Origin: Eledone cirrhosa
Lineage: Eukaryota
DNA length: 64,000 bases
Assembly (NCBI GenBank): GCA_964016885.1
Contig: OZ024741.1
Coordinates: 295,864,001-295,928,000, forward strand
Direction: 5' to 3'
Part shown: positions 26,901-41,900 of the stretch, piece by piece
Layout of the letters: every line of letters begins with the position of its first letter
How positions within the stretch are numbered: position 1 is the first letter of the stretch
Program-made: the position numbers and the translations under genes
Notes under the pieces: model-generated
What the model was told of the DNA's origin: nothing
The model's input: only the letters and a program-made list of their open reading frames with translations
The model's database searches: none

Positions 26901-29900
26901 TATATTGATCTGGTACCTATTAGTGACATCTTGGTGGACTGGTTAGGTGAACTAGTGTCTGTAACTGAACTATATTGATCTGGTACCTATTGCTGACATC
27001 TTGGTGGACTGGTTAGGTGACCAAGTGTCTGTAACTGAACCATATTGATCTGGTACCTATTGCTGACATCTTGGTGGACTGGTTTAGGTAAACTAGTGTC
27101 TGTAACTGAACTATATTGATCTGGTACCTATTGCTGACATCTTGGTGGACTGGTTAGGTGAACTAGTGTCTGTAACTGAACTATATTGATCTGGTACCTA
27201 TTGCTGACATCTTGGTGGACTGGTTAGGTGAACTAGTGTCTGTAACTGAACTATATTGATCTGGTACCTATTGCTGACATCTTGGTGACTGGTTAGGTGA
27301 ACTAGTGTCTGTAACTGAACTATATTGATCTGGGTCCCTATTAGTGACATCTTGGTGGACTGGTTAGGTGAACTAGTGTCTGTAACTGAACTATATTGAT
27401 CTGGTACCTATTGCTAACATCTTGGTGGACTGGTTAGGTGAACTAGTGTCTGTAACTGAACTATATTGATCTGGTACCTATTGCTGACATCTTGGTGGAC
27501 TGGTTAGGTGAACTAGTGTCTGTAACTGAACTATATTGATCTGGTACCTATTGCTGACATCTTGGTGGACTGGTTAGGTGAACTAGTGTCTGTAACTGAA
27601 CTATATTGATCTGGTACCTATTGCTGACATCTTGGTGGACTGGTTAGGTGACCTAGTGTCTGTAACTGAACCATATTGATCTGGTACCTATTGCTGACAT
27701 CTTGGTGGACTGGTTAGGTGAACTAGTGTCTGTAACTGAACTATATTGATCTGGTACCTATTGCTGACATCTTGGTGGACTGGTTAGGTGAACTAGTGTC
27801 TGTAACTGAACCATATTGATCTGGTACCTATTGCTGACATCTTGGTGGACTGGTTAGGTGAACTAGTGTCTGTAACTGAACTATATTGATCTGGTACCTA
27901 TTGCTGACATCTTGGTGGACTGGTTAGGTGAACTAGTGTCTGTAACTGAACTAAATTGATCTGGTACCTATTAGTGACTCTTGGTGGACTGGTTAGGTGA
28001 ACTAGTGTCTGTAACTGAACTATATTGATCTGGTACCTATTGCTGACATCTTGGTGGACTGGTTAGGTGAACTAGTGTCTGTAACTGAACCATATTGATC
28101 TGGTACCTATTAGTGACATCTTGGTGGACTGGTTAGGTGAACTAGTGTCTGTAACTGAACTATATTGATCTGGTACCTATTGCTGACATCTTGGTGGACT
28201 GGTTAGGTAAACTAGTGTCTGTAACTGAACTATATTGATCTGGTACCTATTAGTGACATCTTGGTGGACTGGTTAGGTAAACTAGTGTCTGTAACTGAAC
28301 TATATTGATCTGGTACCTATTGCTGACATCTTGGTGGACTGGTTAGGTGAACTAGTGTCTGTAACTGAACTATATTGATCTGGTACCTATTAGTGACCTC
28401 TTGGTGGACTGGTTAGGTGAACTAGTGTCTGTAACTGAACTATATTGATCTGGTACCTATTGCTGACATCTTGGTGGACTGGTTAGGTGAACTAGTGTCT
28501 GTAACTGAACTAAATTGATCTGGTACCTATTAGTGACATCTTGGTGGACTGGTTAGGTGAACTAGTGTCTGTAACTGAACCATATTGATCTGGTACCTAT
28601 TGCTGACATCTTGGTGGACTGGTTAGGTGAACTAGTGTCTGTAACTGAACCATATTGATCTGGTACCTATTAGTGACATCTTGGTGGACTGGTTAGGGTG
28701 AACTAGTGTCTGTAACTGAACTATATTGATCTGGTACCTATTAGTGACATCTTGGTGGACTGGTTAGGTGAACTAGTGTCTGTAACTGAACTATATTGAT
28801 CTGGTACCTATTGCTGACATCTTGGTGGACTGGTTAGGTGAACTAGTGTCTGTAACTGAACTAAATTGATCTGGTACCTATTGCTGACATCTTGGTGGAC
28901 TGGTTAGGTGAACTAGTGTCTGTAACTGAACTATATTGATCTGGTACCTATTGCTGACATCTTGGTGGACTGGTTAGGTAAACTAGTGTCTGTAACTGAA
29001 CTATATTGATCTGGTACCTATTGCTGACATCTTGGTGGACTGGTTAGGTGAACTAGTGTCTGTAACTGAACTATATTGATCTGGTACCTATTAGTGACAT
29101 CTTGGTGGACTGTTAGGTGAACTAGTGTCTGTAACTGAACTATATTGATCTGGTACCTATTGCTTAGACCATCTTGGTGGACTGGTTAGGTGAACTAGTG
29201 TCTGTAACTGAACTATATTGATCTGGTACCTATTGCTGACATCTTGGTGGACTGGTTAGGTGAACTAGTGTCTGTAACTGAACCATATTGATCTGGTACC
29301 TATTGCTGACATCTTGGTGGACTGGTTAGGTGAACTAGTGTCTGTAACTGAACCATATTGATCTGGTACCTATTGCTGACATCTTGGTGGACTGGTTAGG
29401 TGAACTAGTGTCTGTAACTGAACTATATTGATCTGGTACCTATTAGTGACATCTTGGTGACTGGTTAGGTGAACTAGGTGTCTGTAACTGAACTATATTG
29501 ATCTGGTACCTATAGTGACATCTTGGTGGACTGGTTAGGTGAACTAGTTGTCTGTAACTGAAACTATATTGATCTGGTACCTATTGCTGACATCTTGGTG
29601 GACTGGTTAGGTGACCTAGTGTCTGTAACTGAACCATATTGATCTGGTACCTATTGCTGACATCTTGGTGGACTGGTTAGGTAAACTAGTGTCTGTAACT
29701 GAACTATATTGATCTGGTACCTATTGCTGACATCTTGGTGGACTGGTTAGGTGAACTAGTGTCTGTAACTGAACTATATTGATCTGGTACCTATTGCTGA
29801 CATCTTGGTGGACTGGTTAGGTGAACTAGTGTCTGTAACTGAACTATATTGATCTGGTACCTATTGCTGACATCTTGGTGGACTGGTTAGGTGAACTAGT

Positions 29901-32900
29901 GTCTGTAACTGAACTATATTGATCTGGTACCTATTAGTGACATCTTGGTGGACTGGTTAGGTGAACTAGTGTCTGTAACTGAACTATATTGATCTGGTAC
30001 CTATTGCTAACATCTTGGTGGACTGGTTAGGTGGAACTAGTGTCTGTAACTGAACTATATTGATCTGGCTACCTATTGCTGACATCTTGGTGGACTGGTT
30101 AGGTGAACTAGTGTCTGTAACTGAACTATATTGATCTGGTACCTATTGCTGACATCTTGGTGGACTGGTTAGGTGAACTAGTGTCTGTAACTGAACTATA
30201 TTGATCTGGTACCTATTGCTGACATCTTGGTGGACTGGTTAGGTGACCTAGTGTCTGTAACTGAACCATATTGATCTGGTACCTATTGCTGACATCTTGG
30301 TGGACTGGTTAGGTGAACTAGTGTCTGTAACTGAACTATATTGATCTGGTACCTATTGCTGACATCTTGGTGGACTGGTTAGGTGAACTAGTGTCTGTAA
30401 CTGAACCATATTGATCTGGTACCTATTGCTGACATCTTGGTGGACTGGTTAGGTGAACTAGTGTCTGTAACTGAACTATATTGATCTGGTACCTATTGCT
30501 GACATCTTGGTGGACTGGTTAGGTGAACTAGTGTCTGTAACTGAACTAAATTGATCTGGTACCTATTAGTGACATCTTGGTGGACTGGTTAGGTGAACTA
30601 GTGTCTGTAACTGAACTATATTGATCTGGTACCTATTGCTGACATCTTGGTGGACTGGTTAGGTGAACTAGTGTCTGTAACTGAACCATATTGATCTGGT
30701 ACCTATTAGTGACATCTTGGTGGACTGGTTAGGTGAACTAGTGTCTGTAACTGAACCATATTGATCTGGTACCTATTAGTGACATCTTGGTGGACTGGTT
30801 AGGTGAACTAGTGTCTGTAACTGAACTATATTGATCTGGTACCTATTAGTGACATCTTGGTGGACTGGTTAGGTGAACTAGTGTCTGTAACTGAACTATA
30901 TTGATCTGGTACCTATTGCTGACATCTTGGTGGACTGGTTAGGTGAACTAGTGTCTGTAACTGAACTAAATTGATCTGGTACCTATTGCTGACATCTTGG
31001 TGGACTGGTTAGGTGAACTAGTGTCTGTAACTGAACTATATTGATCTGGTACCTATTGCTGACATCTTGGTGGACTGGTTAGGTAAACTAGTGTCTGTAA
31101 CTGAACTATATTGATCTGGTACCTATTGCTGACATCTTGGTGGACTGGTTAGGTGAACTAGTGTCTGTAACTGAACTATATTGATCTGGTACCTATTAGT
31201 GACATCTTGGTGGACTGGTTAGGTGAACTAGTGTCTGTAACTGAACTATATTGATCTGGTACCTATTGCTAACATCTTGGTGGACTGGTTAGGTGAACTA
31301 GTGTCTGTAACTGAACTATATTGATCTGGTACCTATTGCTGACATCTTGGTGGACTGGTTAGGTGAACTAGTGTCTGTAACTGAACTATATTGATCTGGT
31401 ACCTATTAGTGACATCTTGGTGGACTGGTTAGGTGAACTAGTGTCTGTAACTGAACTATATTGATCTGGTACCTATTGCTAACATCTTGGTGGACTGGTT
31501 AGGTGAACTAGTGTCTGTAACTGAACTATATTGATCTGGTACCTATTAGTGACATCTTGGTGGACTGGTTAGGTGAACTAGTGTCTGTAACTGAACTATA
31601 TTGATCTGGTACCTATTGCTGACATCTTGGTGGACTGGTTAGGTGAACTAGTGTCTGTAACTGAACTATATTGATCTGGTACCTATTAGTGACATCTTGG
31701 TGGACTGGTTAGGTGAACTAGTGTCTGTAACTGAACTATATTGATCTGGTACCTATTGCTGACATCTTGGTGGACTGGTTAGGTGAAGTAGTGTCTGTAA
31801 CTGAACTATATTGATCTGGTACCTATTGCTAACATCTTGGTGGACTGGTTAGGTGAACTAGTGTCTGTAACTGAACTATATTGATCTGGTACCTATTAGT
31901 GACATCTTGGTGGACTGGTTAGGTGAACTAGTGTCTGTAACTGAACTATATTGATCTGGTACCTATTGCTGACATCTTGGTGGACTGGTTAGGTGAACTA
32001 GTGTCTGTAACTGAACTATATTGATCTGGTACCTATTAGTGACATCTTGGTGGACTGGTTAGGTGAACTAGTGTCTGTAACTGAACTATATTGATCTGGT
32101 ACCTATTGCTGACATCTTGGTGGACTGGTTAGGTGAACTAGTGTCTGTAACTGAACTATATTGATCTGGTACCTATTAGTGACATCTTGGTGGACTGGTT
32201 AGGTGAACTAGTGTCTGTAACTGAACTATATTGATCTGGTACCTATTAGTGACATCTTGGTGGACTGGTTAGGTGAACTAGTGTCTGTAACTGAACTATA
32301 TTGATCTGGTACCTATTGCTAACATCTTGGTGGACTGGTTAGGTGAACTAGTGTCTGTAACTGAACCATATTGATCTGGTACCTATTGCTGACATCTTGG
32401 TGGACTGGTTAGGTAAACTAGTGTCTGTAACTGAACTAAATTGATCTGGTACCTATTGCTGACATCTTGGTGGACTGGTTAGGGGAACTAGTGTCTGTAA
32501 CTGAACTATATTGATCTGGTACCTATTAGTGACATCTTGGTGGACTGGTTAGGTGAACTAGTGTCTGTAACTGAACTAAATTGATCTGGTACCTATTGAT
32601 GACATCTTGGTGGACTGGTTAGGTGAACTAGTGTCTGTAACTGAACTATATTGATCTGGTACCTATTAGTGACATCTTGGTGGACTGGTTAGGTGAACTA
32701 GTGTCTGTAACTGAACTATATTGATCTGGTACCTATTGCTGACATCTTGGTGGACTGGTTAGGTGAACTAGTGTCTGTAACTGAACTATATTGATCTGGT
32801 ACCTATTAGTGACATCTTGGTGGACTGGTTAGGTGAACTAGTGTCTGTAACTGAACTATATTGATCTGGTACCTATTAGTGACATCTTGGTGGACTGGTT

Positions 32901-35900
32901 AGGTGAACTAGTGTCTGTAACTGAACTTTATTGATCTGGTACCTATTGCTAACATCTTGGTGGACTGGTTAGGTGAACTAGTGTCTGTAACTGAACCATA
33001 TTGATCTGGTACCTATTGCTGACATCTTGGTGGACTGGTTAGGTAAACTAGTGTCTGTAACTGAACTAAATTGATCTGGTACCTATTGCTGACATCTTGG
33101 TGGACTGGTTAGGTGAACTAGTGTCTGTAACTGAACTATATTGATCTGGTACCTATTGCTGACATCTTGGTGGACTGGTTAGGTGAACTAGTGTCTGTAA
33201 CTGAACCATATTGATCTGGTACCTATTGCTGACATCTTGGTGGACTGGTTAGGTGAACTAGTGTCTGTAACTGAACCATATTGATCTGGTACCTATTGCT
33301 GACATCTTGGTGGACTGGTTAGGTGAACTAGTGTCTGTAACTGAACCATATTGATCTGGTACCTATTGCTAACATCTTGGTGGACTGGTTAGGTGAACTA
33401 GTGTCTGTAACTGAACCATATTGATCTGGTACCTATTAGTGACATCTTGGTGGACTGGTTAGGTAAACTAGTGTCTGTAACTGAACCATATTGATCTGGT
33501 ACCTATTAGTGACATCTTGGTGGACTGGTTAGGTGAACTAGTGTCTGTAACTGAACTAAATTGATCTGGTACCTATTGCTGACATCTTGGTGGACTGGTT
33601 AGGTGAACTAGTGTCTGTAACTGAACCATATTGATCTGGTACCTATTGCTGACATCTTGGTGGACTGGTTAGGTGAACTAGTGTCTGTAACTGAACTATA
33701 TTGATCTGGTACCTATTAGTGACATCTTGGTGGACTGGTTAGGTGAACTAGTGTCTGTAACTGAACTATATTGATCTGGTACCTATTGCTAACATCTTGG
33801 TGGACTGGTTAGGTGAACTAGTGTCTGTAACTGAACTATATTGATCTGGTACCTATTGCTGACATCTTGGTGGACTGGTTAGGTGAACTAGTGTCTGTAA
33901 CTGAACTATATTGATCTGGTACCTATTAGTGACATCTTGGTGGACTGGTTAGGTGAACTAGTGTCTGTAACTGAACTATATTGATCTGGTACCTATTGCT
34001 AACATCTTGGTGGACTGGTTAGGTGAACTAGTGTCTGTAACTGAACTATATTGATCTGGTACCTATTAGTGACATCTTGGTGGACTGGTTAGGTGAACTA
34101 GTGTCTGTAACTGAACTATATTGATCTGGTACCTATTGCTGACATCTTGGTGGACTGGTTAGGTGAACTAGTGTCTGTAACTGAACTATATTGATCTGGT
34201 ACCTATTAGTGACATCTTGGTGGACTGGTTAGGTGAACTAGTGTCTGTAACTGAACTATATTGATCTGGTACCTATTGCTGACATCTTGGTGGACTGGTT
34301 AGGTGAAGTAGGGTCTGTAACTGAACTATATTGATCTGGTACCTATTGCTAACATCTTGGTGGACTGGTTAGGTGAACTAGTGTCTGTAACTGAACTATA
34401 TTGATCTGGTACCTATTAGTGACATCTTGGTGGACTGGTTAGGTGAACTAGTGTCTGTAACTGAACTATATTGATCTGGTACCTATTGCTGACATCTTGG
34501 TGGACTGGTTAGGTGAACTAGTGTCTGTAACTGAACTATATTGATCTGGTACCTATTAGTGACATCTTGGTGGACTGGTTAGGTGAACTAGTGTCTGTAA
34601 CTGAACTATATTGATCTGGTACCTATTGCTGACATCTTGGTGGACTGGTTAGGTGAACTAGTGTCTGTAACTGAACTATATTGATCTGGTACCTATTAGT
34701 GACATCTTGGTGGACTGGTTAGGTGAACTAGTGTCTGTAACTGAACTATATTGATCTGGTACCTATTAGTGACATCTTGGTGGACTGGTTAGGTGAACTA
34801 GTGTCTGTAACTGAACTATATTGATCTGGTACCTATTGCTAACATCTTGGTGGACTGGTTAGGTGAACTAGTGTCTGTAACTGAACCATATTGATCTGGT
34901 ACCTATTGCTGACATCTTGGTGGACTGGTTAGGTAAACTAGTGTCTGTAACTGAACTAAATTGATCTGGTACCTATTGCTGACATCTTGGTGGACTGGTT
35001 AGGGGAACTAGTGTCTGTAACTGAACTATATTGATCTGGTACCTATTAGTGACATCTTGGTGGACTGGTTAGGTGAACTAGTGTCTGTAACTGAACTAAA
35101 TTGATCTGGTACCTATTGATGACATCTTGGTGGACTGGTTAGGTGAACTAGTGTCTGTAACTGAACTATATTGATCTGGTACCTATTAGTGACATCTTGG
35201 TGGACTGGTTAGGTGAACTAGTGTCTGTAACTGAACTATATTGATCTGGTACCTATTGCTGACATCTTGGTGGACTGGTTAGGTGAACTAGTGTCTGTAA
35301 CTGAACTATATTGATCTGGTACCTATTAGTGACATCTTGGTGGACTGGTTAGGTGAACTAGTGTCTGTAACTGAACTATATTGATCTGGTACCTATTAGT
35401 GACATCTTGGTGGACTGGTTAGGTGAACTAGTGTCTGTAACTGAACTTTATTGATCTGGTACCTATTGCTAACATCTTGGTGGACTGGTTAGGTGAACTA
35501 GTGTCTGTAACTGAACCATATTGATCTGGTACCTATTGCTGACATCTTGGTGGACTGGTTAGGTAAACTAGTGTCTGTAACTGAACTAAATTGATCTGGT
35601 ACCTATTGCTGACATCTTGGTGGACTGGTTAGGTGAACTAGTGTCTGTAACTGAACTATATTGATCTGGTACCTATTGCTGACATCTTGGTGGACTGGTT
35701 AGGTGAACTAGTATCTGTAACTGAACCATATTGATCTGGTACCTATTGCTGACATCTTGGTGGACTGGTTAGGTGAACTAGTGTCTGTAACTGAACCATA
35801 TTGATCTGGTACCTATTGCTGACATCTTGGTGGACTGGTTAGGTGAACTAGTGTCTGTAACTGAACCATATTGATCTGGTACCTATTGCTAACATCTTGG

Positions 35901-38900
35901 TGGACTGGTTAGGTGAACTAGTGTCTGTAACTGAACCATATTGATCTGGTACCTATTAGTGACATCTTGGTGGACTGGTTAGGTAAACTAGTGTCTGTAA
36001 CTGAACCATATTGATCTGGTACCTATTAGTGACATCTTGGTGGACTGGTTAGGTGAACTAGTGTCTGTAACTGAACTAAATTGATCTGGTACCTATTGCT
36101 GACATCTTGGTGGACTGGTTAGGTGAACTAGTGTCTGTAACTGAACTATATTGATCTGGTACCTATTAGTGACATCTTGGTGGACTGGTTAGGTGAACTA
36201 GTGTCTGTAACTGAACTATATTGATCTGGTACCTATTAGTGACATCTTGGTGGACTGGTTAGGTGAACTAGTGTCTGTAACTGAACCATATTGATCTGGT
36301 ACCTATTGCTGACATCTTGGTGGACTGGTTAGGTGAACTAGTGTCTGTAACTGAACTATATTGATCTGGTACCTATTGCTGACATCTTGGTGGACTGGTT
36401 GGGTGAACTAGTGTATGTAACTGAATTAAATTGATCTGGTACCTATTGCTGACATCTTGGTGGACTGGTTAGGTGAACTAGTGTCTGTAACTGAACTATA
36501 TTGATCTGGTACCTATTGCTGACATCTTGGTGGACTGGTTAGGTGAATTAGTGTATGTAACTGAATTAAATTGATCTGGTACCTATTAGTGACATCTTGG
36601 TGGACTGGTTAGGTGAACTAGTGTCTGTAACTGAACTATATTGATCTGGTACCTATTGCTGACATCTTGGTGGACTGGTTAGGTAAACTAGTGTCTGTAA
36701 CTGAACTAAATTGATCTGGTACCTATTAGTGACATCTTGGTGGACTGGATAGGTGAACTAGTGTCTGTAACTGAACCATATTGATCTGGTACCTATTGCT
36801 GACATCTTGGTGGACTGGTTAAGTAAACTAGTGTCTGTAACTGAACTATATTGATCTGGTACCTATTAGTGACATCTTGGTGGACTGGTTAGGTGAACTA
36901 GTGTCTGTAACTGAACCATATTGATCTGGTACCTATTGCTAACATCTTGGTGGACTGGTTAGGTGAACTAGTGTCTGTAACTGAACTATATTGATCTGGT
37001 ACCTATTAGTGACATCTTGGTGGACTGGTTAGGTGAACTAGTGTCTGTAACTGAACCATATTGATCTGGTACCTATTGCTGACATCTTGGTGGACTGGTT
37101 AGGTGAACTAGTGTCTGTAACTGAACTATATTGATCTGGTACCTACTAGTGACATCTTGGTGGACTGGTTAGGTGAACTAGTGTCTGTAACTGAACTAAA
37201 TTGATCTGGTACCTATTAGTGACATCTTGGTGGACTGGTTAGGTGAACTAGTGTCTGTAACTGAACTATATTGATCTGGTACCTATTGCTGACATCTTGG
37301 TGGACTGGTTAGGTGAACTAGTGTCTGTAACTGAACTATATTGATCTGGTACCTATTGCTGACATCTTGGTGGACTGGTTAGGTGAACTAGTGTCTGTAA
37401 CTGAACTATATTGATCTGGTACCTATTAGTGACATCTTGGTGGACTGGTTAGGTGAACTAGTGTCTGTAACTGAACTAAATTGATCTGGTACCTATTAGT
37501 GACATCTTGGTGGATTGGTTAGGTGAACTAGTGTCTGTAACTGAACTATATTGATCTGGTACCTATTGCTAACATCTTGGTGGACTGGTTAGGTAAACTA
37601 GTGTCTGTAACTGAACTATATTGATCTGGTACCTATTGCTGACATCTTGGTGGACTGGTTAGGTGAACTAGTGTCTGTAACTGAACCATATTGATCTGGT
37701 ACCTATTGCTGACATCTTGGTGGACTGGTTAGGTGAACTAGTGTCTGTAACTGAACTAAATTGATCTGGTACCTATTAGTGACATCTTGGTGGACTGGTT
37801 AGGTGAACTAGTGTCTGTAACTGAACTATATTGATCTGGTACCTATTAGTGACATCTTGGTGGACTGGTTAGGTGAACTAGTGTCTGTAACTGAACTAAA
37901 TTGATCTGGTACCTATTAGTGACATCTTGGTGGACTGGTTAGGTGAACTAGTGTCTGTAACTGAACTATATTGATCTGGTACCTATTAGTGACATCTTGG
38001 TGGACTGGTTAGGTGAACTAGTGTCTGTAACTGAACTATATTGATCTGGTACCTATTAGTGACATCTTGGTGGACTGGTTAGGTGAACTAGTGTCTGTAA
38101 CTGAACTATATTGATCTGGTACCTATTAGTGACATCTTGGTGGACTGGTTAGGTGAACTAGTGTCTGTAACTGAACTAAATTGATCTGGTACCTATTAGT
38201 GACATCTTGGTGGACTGGTTAGGTGAACTAGTGTCTGTAACTGAACTATATTGATCTGGTACCTATTAGTGACATCTTGGTGGACTGGTTAGGTGAACTA
38301 GTGTCTGTAACTGAACTAAATTGATCTGGTACCTATTAGTGACATCTTGGTGGACTGGTTAGGTGAACTAGTGTCTGTAACTGAACTATATTGATCTGGT
38401 ACCTATTAGTGACATCTTGGTGGACTGGTTAGGTGAACTAGTGTCTGTAACTGAACTATATTGATCTGGTACCTGTTGCTGACATCTTGGTGGACTGGTT
38501 AGGTGAACTAGTGTCTGTAACTGAACTATATTGATCTGGTACCTATTGCTGACATCTTGGTGGACTGGTTAGGTGAACTAGTGTCTGTAACTGAACTATA
38601 TTGATCTGGTACCTATTGCTGACATCTTGGTGGACTGGTTAGGTGAACTAGTGTCTGTAACTGAACCATATTGATCTGGTACCTATTGCTGACATCTTGG
38701 TGGACTGGTTAGGTGAACTAGTGTCTGTAACTGAACTATATTGATCTGGTACCTATTGCTGACATCTTGGTGGACTGGTTAGGTGAACTAGTGTCTGTAA
38801 CTGAACTAAATTGATCTGGTACCTATTAGTGACATCTTGGTGGACTGGTTAGGTGAACTAGTGTCTGTAACTGAACTAAATTGATCTGGTACCTATTAGT

Positions 38901-41900
38901 GACATCTTGGTGGATTGATTAGGTGAACTAGTGTCTGTAACTGAACTATATTGATCTGGTACCTATTGCTAACATCTTGGTGGACTGGTTAGGTAAACTA
39001 GTGTCTGTAACTGAACTATATTGATCTGGTACCTATTGCTGACATCTTGGTGGACTGGTTAGGTGAACTAGTGTCTGTAACTGAACCATATTGATCTGGT
39101 ACCTATTGCTGACATCTTGGTGGACTGGTTAGGTGAACTAGTGTCTGTAACTGAACTATATTGATCTGGTACCTATTGCTGACATCTTGGTGGACTGGTT
39201 AGGTGAACTAGTGTCTGTAACTGAACTATATTGATCTGGTACCTATTGCTGACATCTTGGTGGACTGGTTAGGTGAACTAGTGTCTGTAACTGAACTATA
39301 TTGATCTGGTACCTATTGCTGACATCTTGGTGGACTGGTTAGGTGAACTAGTGTCTGTAACTGAACCATATTGATCTGGTACCTATTGCTGACATCTTGG
39401 TGGACTGGTTAGGTGAACTAGTGTCTGTAACTGAACTATATTGATCTGGTACCTATTGCTGACATCTTGGTGGACTGGTTAGGTGAACTAGTGTCTGTAA
39501 CTGAACTATATTGATCTGGTACCTATTGCTGACATCTTGGTGGACTGGTTAGGTGAACTAGTGTCTGTAACTGAACTATATTGATCTGGTACCTATTGCT
39601 GACATCTTGGTGGACTGGTTAGGTGAACTAGTGTCTGTAACTGAACCATATTGATCTGGTACCTATTGCTGACATCTTGGTGGACTGGTTAGGTGAACTA
39701 GTGTCTGTAACTGAACTATATTGATCTGGTACCTATTGCTGACATCTTGGTGGACTGGTTAGGTGAACTAGTGTCTGTAACTGAACTAAATTGATCTGGT
39801 ACCTATTAGTGACATCTTGGTGGACTGTTTAGGTGAACTAGTGTCTGTAACTGAACTAAATTGATCTGGTACCTATTAGTGACATCTTGGTGGATTGGTT
39901 AGGTGAACTAGTGTCTGTAACTGAACTATATTGATCTGGTACCTATTGCTAACATCTTGGTGGACTGGTTAGGTAAACTAGTGTCTGTAACTGAACTATA
40001 TTGATCTGGTACCTATTGCTGACATCTTGGTGGACTGGTTAGGTGAACTAGTGTCTGTAACTGAACCATATTGATCTGGTACCTATTGCTGACATCTTGG
40101 TGGACTGGTTAGGTGAACTAGTGTCTGTAACTGAACTATATTGATCTGGTACCTATTGCTGACATCTTGGTGGACTGGTTAGGTGAACTAGTGTCTGTAA
40201 CTGAACCATATTGATCTGGTACCTATTGCTGACATCTTGGTGGACTGGTTAGGTGAACTAGTGTCTGTAACTGAACTATATTGATCTGGTACCTATTGCT
40301 GACATCTTGGTGGACTGGTTAGGTGAACTAATGTCTGTAACTGAACTATATTGATCTGGTACCTATTAGTGACATCTTGGTGGACTGGTTAGGTGAACTA
40401 GTGTCTGTAACTGAACTAAATTGATCTGGTACCTATTAGTGACATCTTGGTGGACTGGTTAGGTGAACTAGTGTCTGTAACTGAACCATATTGATCTGGT
40501 ACCTATTAGTGACATCTTGGTGGACTGGTTAGGTGAACTAGTGTCTGTAACTGAACTATATTGATCTGGTACCTATTAGTGACATCTTGGTGGACTGGTT
40601 AGGTGAACTAGTGTCTGTAACTGAACTAAATTGATCTGGTACCTATTAGTGACATCTTGGTGGACTGGTTAGGTGAACTAGTGTCAGTAACTGAACTATA
40701 TTGATCTGGTACCTATTGCTGACATCTTGGTGGACTGGTTAGGTGAACTAGTGTCTGTAACTGAATTAAATTGATCTGGTACCTATTAGTGACATCTTGG
40801 TGGACTGGTTAGGTGAACTAGTGTCTGTAACTGAACCATATTGATCTGGTACCTATTAGTGACATCTTGGTGGACTGGTTAGGTGAACTAGTGTCTGTAA
40901 CTGAACCATATTGATCTGGTACCTATTGCTGACATCTTGGTGGACTGGTTAGGTGAACTAGTGTCTGTAACTGAACCATATTGATCTGGTACCTATTGCT
41001 GACATCTTGGTGGACTGGTTAGGTGAACTAGTGTCTGTAACTGAACTATATTGATCTGGTACCTATTGCTGACATCTTGGTGGACTGGCTAGGTGAACTA
41101 GTGTCTGTAACTGTACTAAATTGATCTGGTACCTATTAGTGACATCTTGGTGGACTGGTTAGGTGAACTAGTGTCTGTAACTGAACCATATTGATCTGGT
41201 ACCTATTGCTGACATCTTGGTGGACTGGTTAGGTGAACTAGTGTCTGTAACTGAACCATATTGATCTGGTACCTATTGCTGACATCTTGGTGGACTGGTT
41301 AGGTGAACTAGTGTCTGTAACTGAACTATATTGATCTGGTACCTATTGCTGACATCTTGGTGGACTGGCTAGGTGAACTAGTGTCTGTAACTGTACTAAA
41401 TTGATCTGGTACCTATTAGTGACATCTTGGTGGACTGGTTAGGTGAACTAGTGTCTGTAACTGAACCATATTGATCTGGTACCTATTGCTGACATCTTGG
41501 TGGACTGGTTAGGTAAACTAGTGTCTGTAACTGAACTATATTGATCTGGTACCTATTGCTGACATCTTGGTGGACTGGTTAGGTGAACTAGTGTCTGTAA
41601 CTGAACTATATTGATCTGGTACCTATTGCTGACATCTTGGTGGACTGGTTAGGTAAACTAGTGTCTGTAACTGAACTAAATTGATCTGGTACCTATTGCT
41701 GACATCTTGGTGGACTGGTTAGGTGAACTAGTGTCTGTAACTGAACTATATTGATCTGGTACCTATTGCTGACATCTTGGTGGACTGGTTAGGTGAACTA
41801 GTGTCTGTAACTGAACTATATTGATCTGGTACCTATTGCTGACATCTTGGTGGACTGGTTAGGTGAACTAGTGTCTGTAACTGAACCATATTGATCTGGT

